From an uncultured Actinomycetota bacterium (GTDB lineage: Bacteria; Actinomycetota; Actinomycetes; Actinomycetales; CAWJMD01), in the NCBI GenBank assembly GCA_963835085.1, contig CAWIED010000001.1, positions 1,998,474 through 2,062,473 on the forward strand: a DNA stretch of 64,000 nt, read 5' to 3'. Shown here one piece after another: positions 47,753-56,467 of the stretch (position 1 is its first letter; each line of letters begins with the position of its first letter). The notes under the pieces were generated by a model. It saw only the letters and a list, made by a program, of their open reading frames with translations. It had not been told where the DNA came from and did no database searches. The position numbers and the translations under genes are program-made.

Positions 47753-48307
47753 GTGGGCAACCACCCTGGCTATCCTGCGGCGGTGAGCACCTTCTACGAC
47801 CTGATGACCAAGCAGATCGCCAACGAGTTCACCGCCAGCCAGCAGTACCTGGCCATGGCGGTCTACGCCGACGGGCACGACCTGCCTCAACTTGCGGCCC
47901 GGTTCTATGCCCAGGCGGTCGAAGAGCGGAACCACTCCCTGATGTTCGTGCAGTACATGCTCGACCGCGATATCGACGTCAGCATCCCCGGCGTCGCACC
48001 GGTGAGCAACACCTTCGACAACGCCACCGATGCCATCGCCCAGGCGCTGGCCAACGAGAAGCAGGTCACCAGCGACATCGAGCAGTTGTTCGCCGCCGCC
48101 CGCGCCGAGAACGACGCTCTCGGTGAGCAGTTCATGTTGTGGTTCCTCAAAGAGCAGGTCGAGGAGGTCGCCACCATGACGACTCTGCTCGCCATCGCCA
48201 AGCGCGCCGGAGAGAACCTGTTCCAGTTGGAGGAGTACCTCGCCCGCGAGACGACTGCCGAGGCAGTCGACGCCTCCGCTCCCCCGGTTGCCGGCGGCGC
48301 ACTCTAA
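47753..48307 (+). CDS. bfrB: ferritin (BfrB/Ftn type)
   Basis: QIANEFTASQQYLAMAVYADGHDLPQLAARFYAQAVEERNHSLMFVQYMLDRD...GEQFMLWFLKEQVEEV...NLFQLEEYLARE parallels mycobacterial BfrB from memory. A GTG 47783 start is equally possible. Confidence 0.9.
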   Translation: MGNHPGYPAAVSTFYDLMTKQIANEFTASQQYLAMAVYADGHDLPQLAARFYAQAVEERNHSLMFVQYMLDRDIDVSIPGVAPVSNTFDNATDAIAQALANEKQVTSDIEQLFAAARAENDALGEQFMLWFLKEQVEEVATMTTLLAIAKRAGENLFQLEEYLARETTAEAVDASAPPVAGGAL

Positions 48308-48332
48308 CGACGCGTCAGCACCTAGCCTCAGC

Positions 48333-48352
48333 GCCTATGCCCCGGCATTGGC
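48333..48352. repeat. short ATGCCCC hairpin relative (family member 3)
   Basis: GCCTATGCC CC GGCATTGGC just after the ferritin stop. It shares the GC(G)CTATG..ATGCCCC..GGCAT..GCC context with 26368 and 39161 but has a collapsed loop. Confidence 0.5.
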
Positions 48353-48401
48353 CCTAGGCACCCAGACGAGTCCACCACTGCCGGGGCGGCCCCCTTTCTT
48401 T

Positions 48402-48765
48402 CATGCCGAACGCGGCGTATTCCACGCGTCTGGCACCAGGAAAGCGGGCCGCTCCCGCCGTGGCCTCGCTCGTCGGTGTCGAACGCGGACTTCTTCACGC
48501 GGTTGGCACCACCCAAACCCCCGCCACTGCCTGACCGGCCCTTCGACGATGCCAAAGGCGGTCTATTCCCCGCGTCTGGCACCAGGAAAGCGGGCCGCTC
48601 CCGCCGTGGCCGCACTCGACGGTGCCAAAGGCGGTCTATTCCACGCGGCTGGCACCAGGCAACCAAGTCACCCCGACCTTGGCCTCACTCGAAGTGCCGA
48701 GCGCGGACTCGTCCACGCGTCCGGCACCCCGCCCTCAAACCGCATGGCCTCGCTCGCCATGACGG
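48402..48765. repeat. 72-73 nt tandem repeat, 5 copies (plus a degenerate sixth), each with a 36-nt GGTGCC...GGCACC hairpin core
   Basis: Cores at 48402, 48475, 48548, 48621 and 48693, e.g. GGTGCCAAAGGCGGTCTATTCCACGCGGCTGGCACC. Inter-core segments are also related: 48438-48474 and 48584-48620 differ at only 4 of 37 positions. Confidence 0.85.
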
Positions 48766-49544
48766 TGTCCACGGACCTCTGAACCTGGTGGTAGCGGTCA
48801 AGGCCCCGTTGTCGCCGGGCTCTGATTGGAACAGGACGATGAGTAGGCACCGGATCGGTTGATTCGCGGGGTCGCTGCGCCAGATCACCACGGTAAAGGG
48901 CCGAGGACCCCTACAAGTCAGACCCGGTCGATGTCCAGAATCCGGCACCAGTGCCAGCCGATGAAGCTCAGCTGAGCACAGAACCCCAACCCCCTGCACC
49001 CAAGCGAGCCGGATTCCGGACATCCCAGCACCAGAGCAGCGACCCACCACCCGGCACCCGCCCGCACCACCGGGACACATCGGCCACCCTTCCTGTCGAC
49101 GGCGCTCCAAGGCTGTTCAGTCCTAGAGCGCCGCTGACACTCCTCAGCGCAGATCCGTGTCGGTGTCCCAAATTCGACCCGATCGCCAGCCAGCGACCTC
49201 GGCTGAGCACGAATCCACGCCCCCACGCAACGATCATGGCGAAAATGGGACAACCACGGGCCGTGCGGAACCCAGCCAACTGCGGTCCCGCCGAACGATC
49301 CCGCGTCCACCTGTCACGTTCTTCACCCACCCGTCACCAACCTGGTGACACCCCCGCGAACAACGTCACACCTCGACAACCGTAAGCGGGTCAGCCCTGG
49401 CACCCCGGATCAGCACACCACACAGACACCCGATCCTTTGGAATAGATCGGACTAGGAGTCTCGCGAGCCGCTGGTCGTCAGGGTGGAGCCCGGCCGTGT
49501 CGCCATAGCACAGGAACCGTCCAACTCAGCGGGATGGGCCGCCG

Positions 49545-50345
49545 TCAGAATCCGGGCAGAGGTTCGTCGACGATTTCACCTGTGGTGACGTCCACCAACC
49601 CGTCCGGGCCGTCGAGGGGGCGGACGAGCTCGGGACCGTTGTTGGCCGCGTTGCTCACCAGTGCCGACACCGGCATCGCGGTGAAGCGTCTGGGGTCGGC
49701 GGGGTCGAGCAGGGCAACCACCTCACCCGGATCGGTGAGCGCGGGATCGAGCCAGGCCGCGAAAGCCTCGCGGTCGAGCACCACGGGCATCCGCTCGTGG
49801 ATGTGCTGCAGGCCGGCCTCGGCGGCGGTGGTGATGACGGCGAACGTGGTCAACCAGGCTTGGGGATCGTCGGGCGCGGCGGCGGGATTGCGCCAGAACT
49901 CGTAAAGCCCGGCCAGAGCGACTCGTTCGCCGTCGCGGCGCGTGATGAAGAACGGCTGCTTGGGTCCGCGGGTCGTACCCGGCTCGCGACGCCACTCGTA
50001 CCAGCCGTCCGCCGGGATGATCGCCCGGCGGGCGGTGGCCGCACGCCGGTAGGCAGGCTTGTCGAAGAGCGACTCGACCCGGGCATTGATCAACTTGGCT
50101 CCGTCGGCGCGCGTCTTCGACCACGACGGCACCAGCCCCCAGGTGAGCAACCGCAACTGGCGCACCGGCTGCGCGGTCGAGTCGTGGCGTCGGCTCGAGG
50201 GCACCCGGGTGAGGATGACAGGGGCCTGCTTGGTGGGCGCGACGTTGTAGTCGGGGGCGAGAGCACCACCCGTCTCGTCGTCCTCGATCTCGAACTCCTC
50301 CAGGAGTTCATCAGGTCTCGCGCTCGCGGCATACCGACCACACAT
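49545..50345 (-). CDS. SOS response-associated peptidase (SRAP/YedK family)
   Basis: ATG 50345 gives the obligatory MCGRY N-terminus (catalytic Cys2), then NVAPT, TWGLVPSW, INARVES, RRAIIPADGWYEW, FAVITT. Confidence 0.9.
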   Translation of the reverse strand: MCGRYAASARPDELLEEFEIEDDETGGALAPDYNVAPTKQAPVILTRVPSSRRHDSTAQPVRQLRLLTWGLVPSWSKTRADGAKLINARVESLFDKPAYRRAATARRAIIPADGWYEWRREPGTTRGPKQPFFITRRDGERVALAGLYEFWRNPAAAPDDPQAWLTTFAVITTAAEAGLQHIHERMPVVLDREAFAAWLDPALTDPGEVVALLDPADPRRFTAMPVSALVSNAANNGPELVRPLDGPDGLVDVTTGEIVDEPLPGF

Positions 50346-50427
50346 GCCCCCAGCCTCCCACCCAGGCAAGCCGGTTCGGCTGCCCCTCAGGTCGCGCAGG
50401 TGGGCCATGATGCGCTACGAAAGAGGT

Positions 50428-50970
50428 ATGAGCCTCGTTCGCCGTATTGCGCGCCCGCTGGTCGCCTCCAAGTTCATCGTTGCGGGCGTCGATCACCTGC
50501 GTCACCCTGACTCGCGCGCGAAGCCGTTGGCGCCGGTGGTGAGCCAGCTCGCGTCTCGCACCAGCGTGCCGAACGACCCCGTACTCGTGGTGCGCGCCAA
50601 CGGCGCCGCCATGGCTGCCGCGGGCACACTGCTGGCCATCGGCAAGCTGCCGCGGCTGTCGGCCTCGGTGCTCGCCCTCACCGTGCTGCCGGCCACGGTC
50701 GCCGACTACGACTTCTGGTCGGAGTCGGACCCCGAACGCAAAGCGGCCAAGCGCAAGGCGTTCCTCACCAACCTGGCCCTGTTCGGTGGCGTGCTGCTCG
50801 CAACGGTCGATACCCAGGGCCGACCGGGCCTGGCCTGGCGGGGCAACCGCGCGGTGCGAAGCGCCAAGCGAGTCGCCGGCGAGGCGAAGAAGGACGCCCG
50901 GCACGCCGCCAAGGACGCCCGGTACGAGGCCAGGCTCGCCAAGGCTCGGGTCGAGGCGGCCCTGTCCTGA
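50428..50970 (+). CDS. DoxX family membrane protein with basic C-terminal tail
   Basis: ATG 50428 after AAGAGG: MSLVRRIARPLVASKFIVAGVDHLRHP...; hydrophobic segments; Lys/Arg/Ala-rich tail. Confidence 0.75.
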   Translation: MSLVRRIARPLVASKFIVAGVDHLRHPDSRAKPLAPVVSQLASRTSVPNDPVLVVRANGAAMAAAGTLLAIGKLPRLSASVLALTVLPATVADYDFWSESDPERKAAKRKAFLTNLALFGGVLLATVDTQGRPGLAWRGNRAVRSAKRVAGEAKKDARHAAKDARYEARLAKARVEAALS

Positions 50971-51057
50971 GCACGGCACGCTGAGCACGCCGTCAGGCGC
51001 CCGATCCAGGAACCGGCACGCAGTGGTCGTGCGCCGACGGGCTCTAAGGTGTCGGGC

Positions 51058-52365
51058 ATGACCCTTGCTGCCGCAGACTGGCCGGCGCCCACACCCTCGC
51101 CGGGCACCCGGCTCGACGCCACCGTTCGGCTGCCCGGCTCCAAGTCGCTCACCAATCGCTTCCTCGTGCTGGCCGCGTTGGCCGACGGCCCTTCCCGGCT
51201 ACGGTTACCCCTGCGTTCGCGCGACACGTTGCTCATGGCCGATGCGCTCGGGGCCCTCGGTGTTCAGGTCGAAGACGACGTCGACGGCGTTGACTGGCTC
51301 GTGCTGCCCGCGCCGTTGCGCGGCGACGCGACCATCGACTGCGGGCTGGCCGGCACAGTGATGCGGTTTCTGCCGCCGCTGGCGGCGTTGGCCGACGCCC
51401 CGGTGCGATTCGACGGCGACGCCCAGGCGAGGGTGCGTCCGATGGGGCCTGTCTTGGGAGCTCTGACCGCGCTCGGGGTGCAGGTGGACGACGGCGGTCG
51501 GGGCACCCTGCCGTTCATCGTCGACGGCGGCGGTTCGGTGCGCGGTGGGCCGGTGCGCCTCGATGCGTCGGCCTCCAGCCAGTTCGTGTCGGGCCTGCTG
51601 CTCTCGGGTGCGCGCTTCGAGCAGGGCGTCACGGTGATCAACACCGGGGCCTCGGTGCCGAGCGAGCCGCACGTGGTGATGACGGTGGAGGCGCTGCGCG
51701 ACCGCGGGGTGGTCGTAGACGACTCCACGCCCGACGTCTGGGTGGTGGAACCGGGCCCCATCGGCGCCCTCGATGTGGTGGTCGAACCCGACTTGTCCAA
51801 TGCCGCACCATTTCTCGCGGCCGCGGCAGTGCTGGGGGGAAGGGTCAGCGTCCCCGACTGGCCGCAGCGCACCACCCAGGCCGGCGACCACCTGCGCGAT
51901 CTGCTCGACCAGATGGGGGCTGAGGTCAGCCTCGACGAGGCCGCGCTCACAGTGAGCGGCGACGGTGAGCTGTACGGGGTGGACGTCGACCTGCACGAGG
52001 CCGGTGAGCTGACGCCCGTGGTGGCAGCACTGGCTGCGTTGGCCGACTCGCCGTCCAGGCTGCGCGGCATCGCACATCTGCGCGGGCACGAGACCGACCG
52101 GCTGGCGGCCTTGGCCACCGAGCTGAACGCCCTGGGCGGTGCGGTGAGCGAGACCGAGGACGGCCTGATCATCAAGCCGAGACCGTTGCGCGGCGGGCTC
52201 TTTCACACCTACCACGACCACCGGCTGGCCACGGCGGGCGCGGTGCTGGGGCTCGTGGTGCCCGGGATGAGTGTGGAGAACGTCGACACCACGGCCAAGA
52301 CGCTGCCCGGCTTCACCACCCTGTGGAATCAGATGCTGGGCCAGACCGGCGCCACGGGAGGCTGA
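51058..52365 (+). CDS. aroA: 3-phosphoshikimate 1-carboxyvinyltransferase (EPSP synthase)
   Basis: [47 protein letters not shown]: EPSPS signature blocks. GTG 51049 is an alternative start. Confidence 0.95.
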   Translation: MTLAAADWPAPTPSPGTRLDATVRLPGSKSLTNRFLVLAALADGPSRLRLPLRSRDTLLMADALGALGVQVEDDVDGVDWLVLPAPLRGDATIDCGLAGTVMRFLPPLAALADAPVRFDGDAQARVRPMGPVLGALTALGVQVDDGGRGTLPFIVDGGGSVRGGPVRLDASASSQFVSGLLLSGARFEQGVTVINTGASVPSEPHVVMTVEALRDRGVVVDDSTPDVWVVEPGPIGALDVVVEPDLSNAAPFLAAAAVLGGRVSVPDWPQRTTQAGDHLRDLLDQMGAEVSLDEAALTVSGDGELYGVDVDLHEAGELTPVVAALAALADSPSRLRGIAHLRGHETDRLAALATELNALGGAVSETEDGLIIKPRPLRGGLFHTYHDHRLATAGAVLGLVVPGMSVENVDTTAKTLPGFTTLWNQMLGQTGATGG

Positions 52366-52366
52366 G

Positions 52367-53431
52367 CTGGCACCCGCGCGCCGTCGCCGCGAGTACGACG
52401 AGACCGACGTTCGTCTGGGTGCCCGGGCGCGGGAGTCTCGCCGGGCCCGGACCAAGGAGCGACCCAGCCACGACGATGCCCGGCGCGCCCGGGTGCTCAC
52501 GGTCGACCGGGGTCGGTACACCTGCCTGGTGGAGGGCCCCGACCCCGGCACTCCCGTTTCCGGCGAGCGGGTGGTGATGGCGATGAAGGCTCGCGAGCTG
52601 GGCCGCACCGGCATCGTCGTCGGCGATCGGGTGGGCCTGGTGGGCGACACGAGCGGCGACCCCGGCTCGCTCGCCCGGGTGGTGCGGGTGGAGCCCCGGC
52701 ACGGGACGCTGCGCCGCACTGCCGATGACACCGACCCGTTCGAGCGCATCATCGTCACCGGCGTGGAGCAGCTGGTGATCGTCACGGCGCTGGCCGAGCC
52801 GGTGCCCAGACCGCGCATGGTCGACCGGTGCCTGGTGGCTGCCTACGATGAGGGCATCGAGCCGTTGCTGTGCCTGACCAAGGCCGACCTCGCCGACCCC
52901 GCACCGTTTCTCGCGGACTTCGCCCCGCTCGGGGTGCAGTCGGTAGTCACCCGGCGTCGGCCCGACGGCACCATCGACGGGCTGGACGACATGTGGGATC
53001 ACCTGGTCGGCCGCGACTCCGTGCTCATCGGACACTCCGGCGTGGGCAAGTCCACGTTGGTGAATGCCCTTGTGCCGCAAGCTGAACGGGCCACAGGGTC
53101 GGTGAACGAGGTGACCGGGCGGGGCCGGCATACGTCGTCGTCGGCCATCGCCCTGCGCCTGCGCGACGGCTCCGGCGCCAGCGTCGGCTGGGTCACCGAC
53201 ACCCCTGGCGTGCGCTCCTTCGGACTGGCCCATGTCAGCGCGGAGCGGATCCTGCAGGCCTTCGCCGATCTGGTGCCCGGCGAGAAGGACTGTCCTCGCG
53301 GCTGCACCCACGACGAGCCCGAATGCGGACTCGACGCGTTCGTCGCCAGTGGCGGAGCCGGTGCGGCCGGAATCGCCCGGTTGGCATCCTTCCGCAGGCT
53401 GCTGCGCTCGCGCGCCGGTGGCGAGGAGTAG
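52367..53431 (+). CDS. rsgA: ribosome small-subunit-dependent GTPase A
   Basis: YDETDVR..., OB-fold segment, circularly permuted GTPase LTKADL...GHSGVGKSTLVNAL and zinc knuckle CPRGCTHDEPEC. Start uncertain: there is no ATG/GTG/TTG near the homologous N-terminus, so CTG 52367 is used provisionally and ATG 52271 is the alternative. Confidence 0.85.
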   Translation: MAPARRRREYDETDVRLGARARESRRARTKERPSHDDARRARVLTVDRGRYTCLVEGPDPGTPVSGERVVMAMKARELGRTGIVVGDRVGLVGDTSGDPGSLARVVRVEPRHGTLRRTADDTDPFERIIVTGVEQLVIVTALAEPVPRPRMVDRCLVAAYDEGIEPLLCLTKADLADPAPFLADFAPLGVQSVVTRRRPDGTIDGLDDMWDHLVGRDSVLIGHSGVGKSTLVNALVPQAERATGSVNEVTGRGRHTSSSAIALRLRDGSGASVGWVTDTPGVRSFGLAHVSAERILQAFADLVPGEKDCPRGCTHDEPECGLDAFVASGGAGAAGIARLASFRRLLRSRAGGEE

Positions 53432-53550
53432 CCCTCGCGCGCAGGTGCGAAGGCACGAGGATCTACGGTGAATTCAGCCCCCGGGAACTGTTGCTCCTCG
53501 GCCGCGGGAGCGGTAGGATTCATCCACGATGTGGAAACGTAATACCGGCA

Positions 53551-53640
53551 TCCGGAATTTGTACACTCAAGATTTGTGTACTCAAGATTTGCGTGCCTCG
53601 GATTCGTGCGCCCCGAATCGGCGTACCCGGAATGCGTCCC
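53551..53640. repeat. degenerate 15-16 nt tandem repeat, about 6 copies
   Basis: CCGGAATTTGTACAC TCAAGATTTGTGTAC TCAAGATTTGCGTGCC TCGGATTCGTGCGCCC CGAATCGGCGTACC CGGAATGCGTCCCC in the convergent rsgA/iclR gap. The first copies are AT-rich. Confidence 0.6.
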
Positions 53641-53779
53641 CTGGACAGTGCGAGGTACGGAGTTCGCCGGTAGCCGCATCACGTAAGACTGCACGTCGGG
53701 TTCGGCCTCAACGGCCAGTTCTGGCCTGCCAGAGAACAAGCGTCTGTGTCGGCGCAGGGTCAAACCACGGCAATACTCC

Positions 53780-54571
53780 TCAGGCAGCACCCAAAGGCGA
53801 CCAGTTGATCTCGTCGGCGATCGCCCGCGCAGTGCTATGCAGCGGTTCCACTGCCTGCTCCACCATCTCGTCACCCATCCGGCTCGCCGGGCCCGAGACG
53901 GACAGCCCCATCGAGAGCGGGGCCCCCGGGATCCGGACGGCTACGCAGCGCACGCCAATCTCTTGCTCCCCTTCGTCGGTGGCATACCCGCGTTCGCGAA
54001 CCTCGTCGAGGACCCTGATGAACTCCTCGGGGTCGGTGATCGTGGTCTTGGTACAGGCAACCATCCCCCTGCGGTGCAAGATGCCTCGAACCTCAGACTC
54101 CGGCAGGTCTGCCAGCATCGCCTTGCCCACCGCCGTCGCGTGCGCCGGAACTCGGCGGCCTACCTCGGTGAACATCCGCATCGAGTTCTGCGCCGCGAGC
54201 ACCTGGCCGACATACAGCACCTCATCGTTATCCAAGATCGCGAGATTGACCGACTCTCCGAGCTTCTGCGCCAGAGGGGTCATCTGTGGCCGCGCCCATC
54301 TGCCCAGTGTGGTGGAAGTCACCTCGCCCAGCCGAATGAGCCGAGGCCCCAATGAATAGTGACGCGACGCCTCCTGGCGCACGTAACCGAGTTGCACGAG
54401 GGTCCGCATTATCCGGTGGATCGTCGGCATGGGGAGCTCCAGATCCTGAGCCAGCTGAGAAAGACTGGCCAAACCGCCCGCAGCGGCCACCCCTTCAAGA
54501 ATCTGGAAGGCCCGTTCGACGGATTGGACCCCCCCGGTGCGACCTTCGGTCGTCGGGGACTGGCGATTCAT
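53780..54571 (-). CDS. IclR family transcriptional regulator (AllR/glyoxylate-type context)
   Basis: 263 aa. VQSVERAFQILEGVAAAGGLASLSQLAQDLELPMPTIHRIMRTLVQLGYV (IclR HTH) plus a C-terminal effector domain. Divergent from aceB. Confidence 0.9.
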   Translation of the reverse strand: MNRQSPTTEGRTGGVQSVERAFQILEGVAAAGGLASLSQLAQDLELPMPTIHRIMRTLVQLGYVRQEASRHYSLGPRLIRLGEVTSTTLGRWARPQMTPLAQKLGESVNLAILDNDEVLYVGQVLAAQNSMRMFTEVGRRVPAHATAVGKAMLADLPESEVRGILHRRGMVACTKTTITDPEEFIRVLDEVRERGYATDEGEQEIGVRCVAVRIPGAPLSMGLSVSGPASRMGDEMVEQAVEPLHSTARAIADEINWSPLGAA

Positions 54572-54606
54572 TAGACCTCACCACTAGCATCGTCAATGAG
54601 AGAAAA

Positions 54607-54629
54607 GTTCCGCAACATGGAATTCCAAC
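54607..54629. promoter_or_regulatory. candidate IclR operator in the iclR-aceB divergent region
   Basis: GTTCCGCAACATGGAATTCCAAC contains the perfect 10-bp palindrome TGGAATTCCA (54618-54627) and TTCC-N7-GGAA. Confidence 0.4.
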
Positions 54630-54696
54630 ACATAGTCAGGCATTGTAGGCGCACACACAGTCGACGACACGTCGCCAAACGAAGGAGGGGCTAGCT

Positions 54697-56322
54697 ATGG
54701 CTCCCGGTGCTCCCATCACCGTCACGGCCACGCTGCCGGACAAGGGTGATCATATCTTCACCGCGGAGGCCCTGGCCTTCCTTGGGGAATTGCACGAGCG
54801 GTTCGCGCCGCGCCGTGACGAACTCTTGCGGTTGCGTTCCAAACGACGCGACGAGGTCTCGGCGAACGGGCGGCTCGACTTCCTGCCTGAGACCGCCTCC
54901 ATCCGCGAATCGCAGTGGACGGTCGCCCCCGCACCGCTCGATCTGCTCGACCGCCGAGTCGAAATGACTGGTCCAACTGAGCGGAAGATGTCCATCAACG
55001 CGATGAACTCCGGCGCGAAGGTATGGCTGGCCGATCTGGAAGACGCCAACACCCCGCACTGGTTCAACGTCGTCTCGGGCCAGGTCAACCTCGCCGAGAT
55101 CGTCCGTCGCACCATTTCCTTCACGGCCGACAACGGCAAGGAGTACGCCCTCCGCGAGGACGTCGAACTGCCGGTCCTCATGCCTCGCCCGCGGGGATGG
55201 CACTTCGACGAACGGCATGTCCTCATGGGCGGCACGCCGATGGTGGCCGCCCTCGTCGACTTCGGCCTCTACTTCTTCCACAACGCTCACGAGCTGATCA
55301 GCCGTGGCACAGGTCCCTACTTCTACCTGCCCAAGATGGAGTCGCACCTGGAGGCGCGGCTCTGGAACGACGTGTTCACGTTCGCGCAGGAACGCCTCGG
55401 CGTCCCGTACGGCACCATCCGCGGCACGATGCTGATCGAGACCATCCCGGCCGCCTTCGAGATGGACGAGATGCTGTACGAGCTGCGCGACCACGCGGCC
55501 GGGCTCAACGCCGGCCGCTGGGACTACCTCTTCAGCTTCATCAAGTACTTCCGTGACGCGGGAGACGCATTCACCCTGCCCGACCGGGGTGCGGTGACGA
55601 TGCACGCACCGATGATGAAGGCCTACAGCGATCTGCTCGTCGCCACTTGTCACCGCCGCGGCGCCTTCGCGATGGGCGGCATGGCCGCCTTCATCCCGAG
55701 CCGCACCGACCAGGCGGCCAACGAGCGCGCCTTCACCAAGATCCGGGAGGACAAGACCCGTGAGGCCAACGCCGGCTTCGACGGTTCCTGGGTCGCCCAC
55801 CCAGGATTGGTCGAGGTATGCCGCGAGGTGTTCTCCGACAAGTTCGAAGAGGGGCACACCAATCAGCTGCAGGTCTCACGCGACGACGTACACGTCAGCG
55901 CCGATGATCTGCTCGCCGCGGACCTGACACCGGGCGAGCGGACGATGTCCGGTCTGCGAGAGAACGTCAGCGTCGGCATCGAGTACCTCAGGTCGTGGCT
56001 CGACGGCAACGGCGCTGTCGGCATCAACAACCTGATGGAAGACGCTGCCACGGCTGAGATCTCCCGATCGCAGATCTGGCAGTGGCTGCACAACGGCGTC
56101 GTCCTGACCACAGGGGAGACGGTCACCCGCGAACTCGTGGACACCATCGTGGCCGAGGAGTTCGACGCCCTGATGGCCCGGCCCGGGGCCGCCTCGGACG
56201 ACCATCTGAAGGTGGCCTGCAAGCTGTTCCTCGACTGTGCTGTGGCGGAGGACTTCCCAGACTTCCTCACGCTGCCCGCCTATGACGAAGTGCTGCGCGA
56301 GGAAGTCGCCAGCGCTGACTGA
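54697..56322 (+). CDS. aceB: malate synthase A
   Basis: 541 aa, GGAGGGG upstream. Blocks VEMTGPTERKMSINAMNSGAKVWLADLEDA, PRGWHFDERH, YFYLPKMESHLEARLWNDVF, GTMLIETIPAAFEMDE, AGLNAGRWDYLFS. Confidence 0.95.
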   Translation: MAPGAPITVTATLPDKGDHIFTAEALAFLGELHERFAPRRDELLRLRSKRRDEVSANGRLDFLPETASIRESQWTVAPAPLDLLDRRVEMTGPTERKMSINAMNSGAKVWLADLEDANTPHWFNVVSGQVNLAEIVRRTISFTADNGKEYALREDVELPVLMPRPRGWHFDERHVLMGGTPMVAALVDFGLYFFHNAHELISRGTGPYFYLPKMESHLEARLWNDVFTFAQERLGVPYGTIRGTMLIETIPAAFEMDEMLYELRDHAAGLNAGRWDYLFSFIKYFRDAGDAFTLPDRGAVTMHAPMMKAYSDLLVATCHRRGAFAMGGMAAFIPSRTDQAANERAFTKIREDKTREANAGFDGSWVAHPGLVEVCREVFSDKFEEGHTNQLQVSRDDVHVSADDLLAADLTPGERTMSGLRENVSVGIEYLRSWLDGNGAVGINNLMEDAATAEISRSQIWQWLHNGVVLTTGETVTRELVDTIVAEEFDALMARPGAASDDHLKVACKLFLDCAVAEDFPDFLTLPAYDEVLREEVASAD

Positions 56323-56342
56323 AGATTGAAGCTCTTGAGGGA

Positions 56343-56381
56343 GCGCGCCGGGAAATGACCACTGTCTATTTCCCGGCGCGC
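56343..56381 (+). terminator. hairpin after aceB
   Basis: GCGCGCCGGGAAAT (11-nt loop) ATTTCCCGGCGCGC: 14-bp perfect stem. Confidence 0.55.
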
Positions 56382-56417
56382 CGCTATTAGCCGCGCAATC
56401 TCGTCGCACGACAGCAA

Positions 56418-56457
56418 AGCGGGGGATCTCCGGGCAACAGCCCGGAGATCCCCCGCT
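56418..56457 (-). terminator. hairpin after the malic enzyme gene
   Basis: AGCGGGGGATCTCCGGGC aaca GCCCGGAGATCCCCCGCT: 18-bp perfect stem, 11 nt from the malic enzyme stop. Confidence 0.6.
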
Positions 56458-56467
56458 CAGTCTTTAG

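Noticed and set aside
47600-47790. IdeR/iron box upstream of the ferritin gene
   Set aside because: There is no sequence resembling TTAGGTTAGGCTAACCTAA in the sigH-ferritin divergent region on visual inspection.
48402-48765. Possible CRISPR array (36-nt hairpin-forming repeat with ~36-nt spacing)
   Set aside because: The 'spacers' are themselves repeated: 48438-48474 and 48584-48620 are nearly identical, and all end in GGCCNCNCTCG. The repeat cores are too divergent from one another, and there are no cas genes in the window. This is tandem-repeat behaviour, not acquired spacers.
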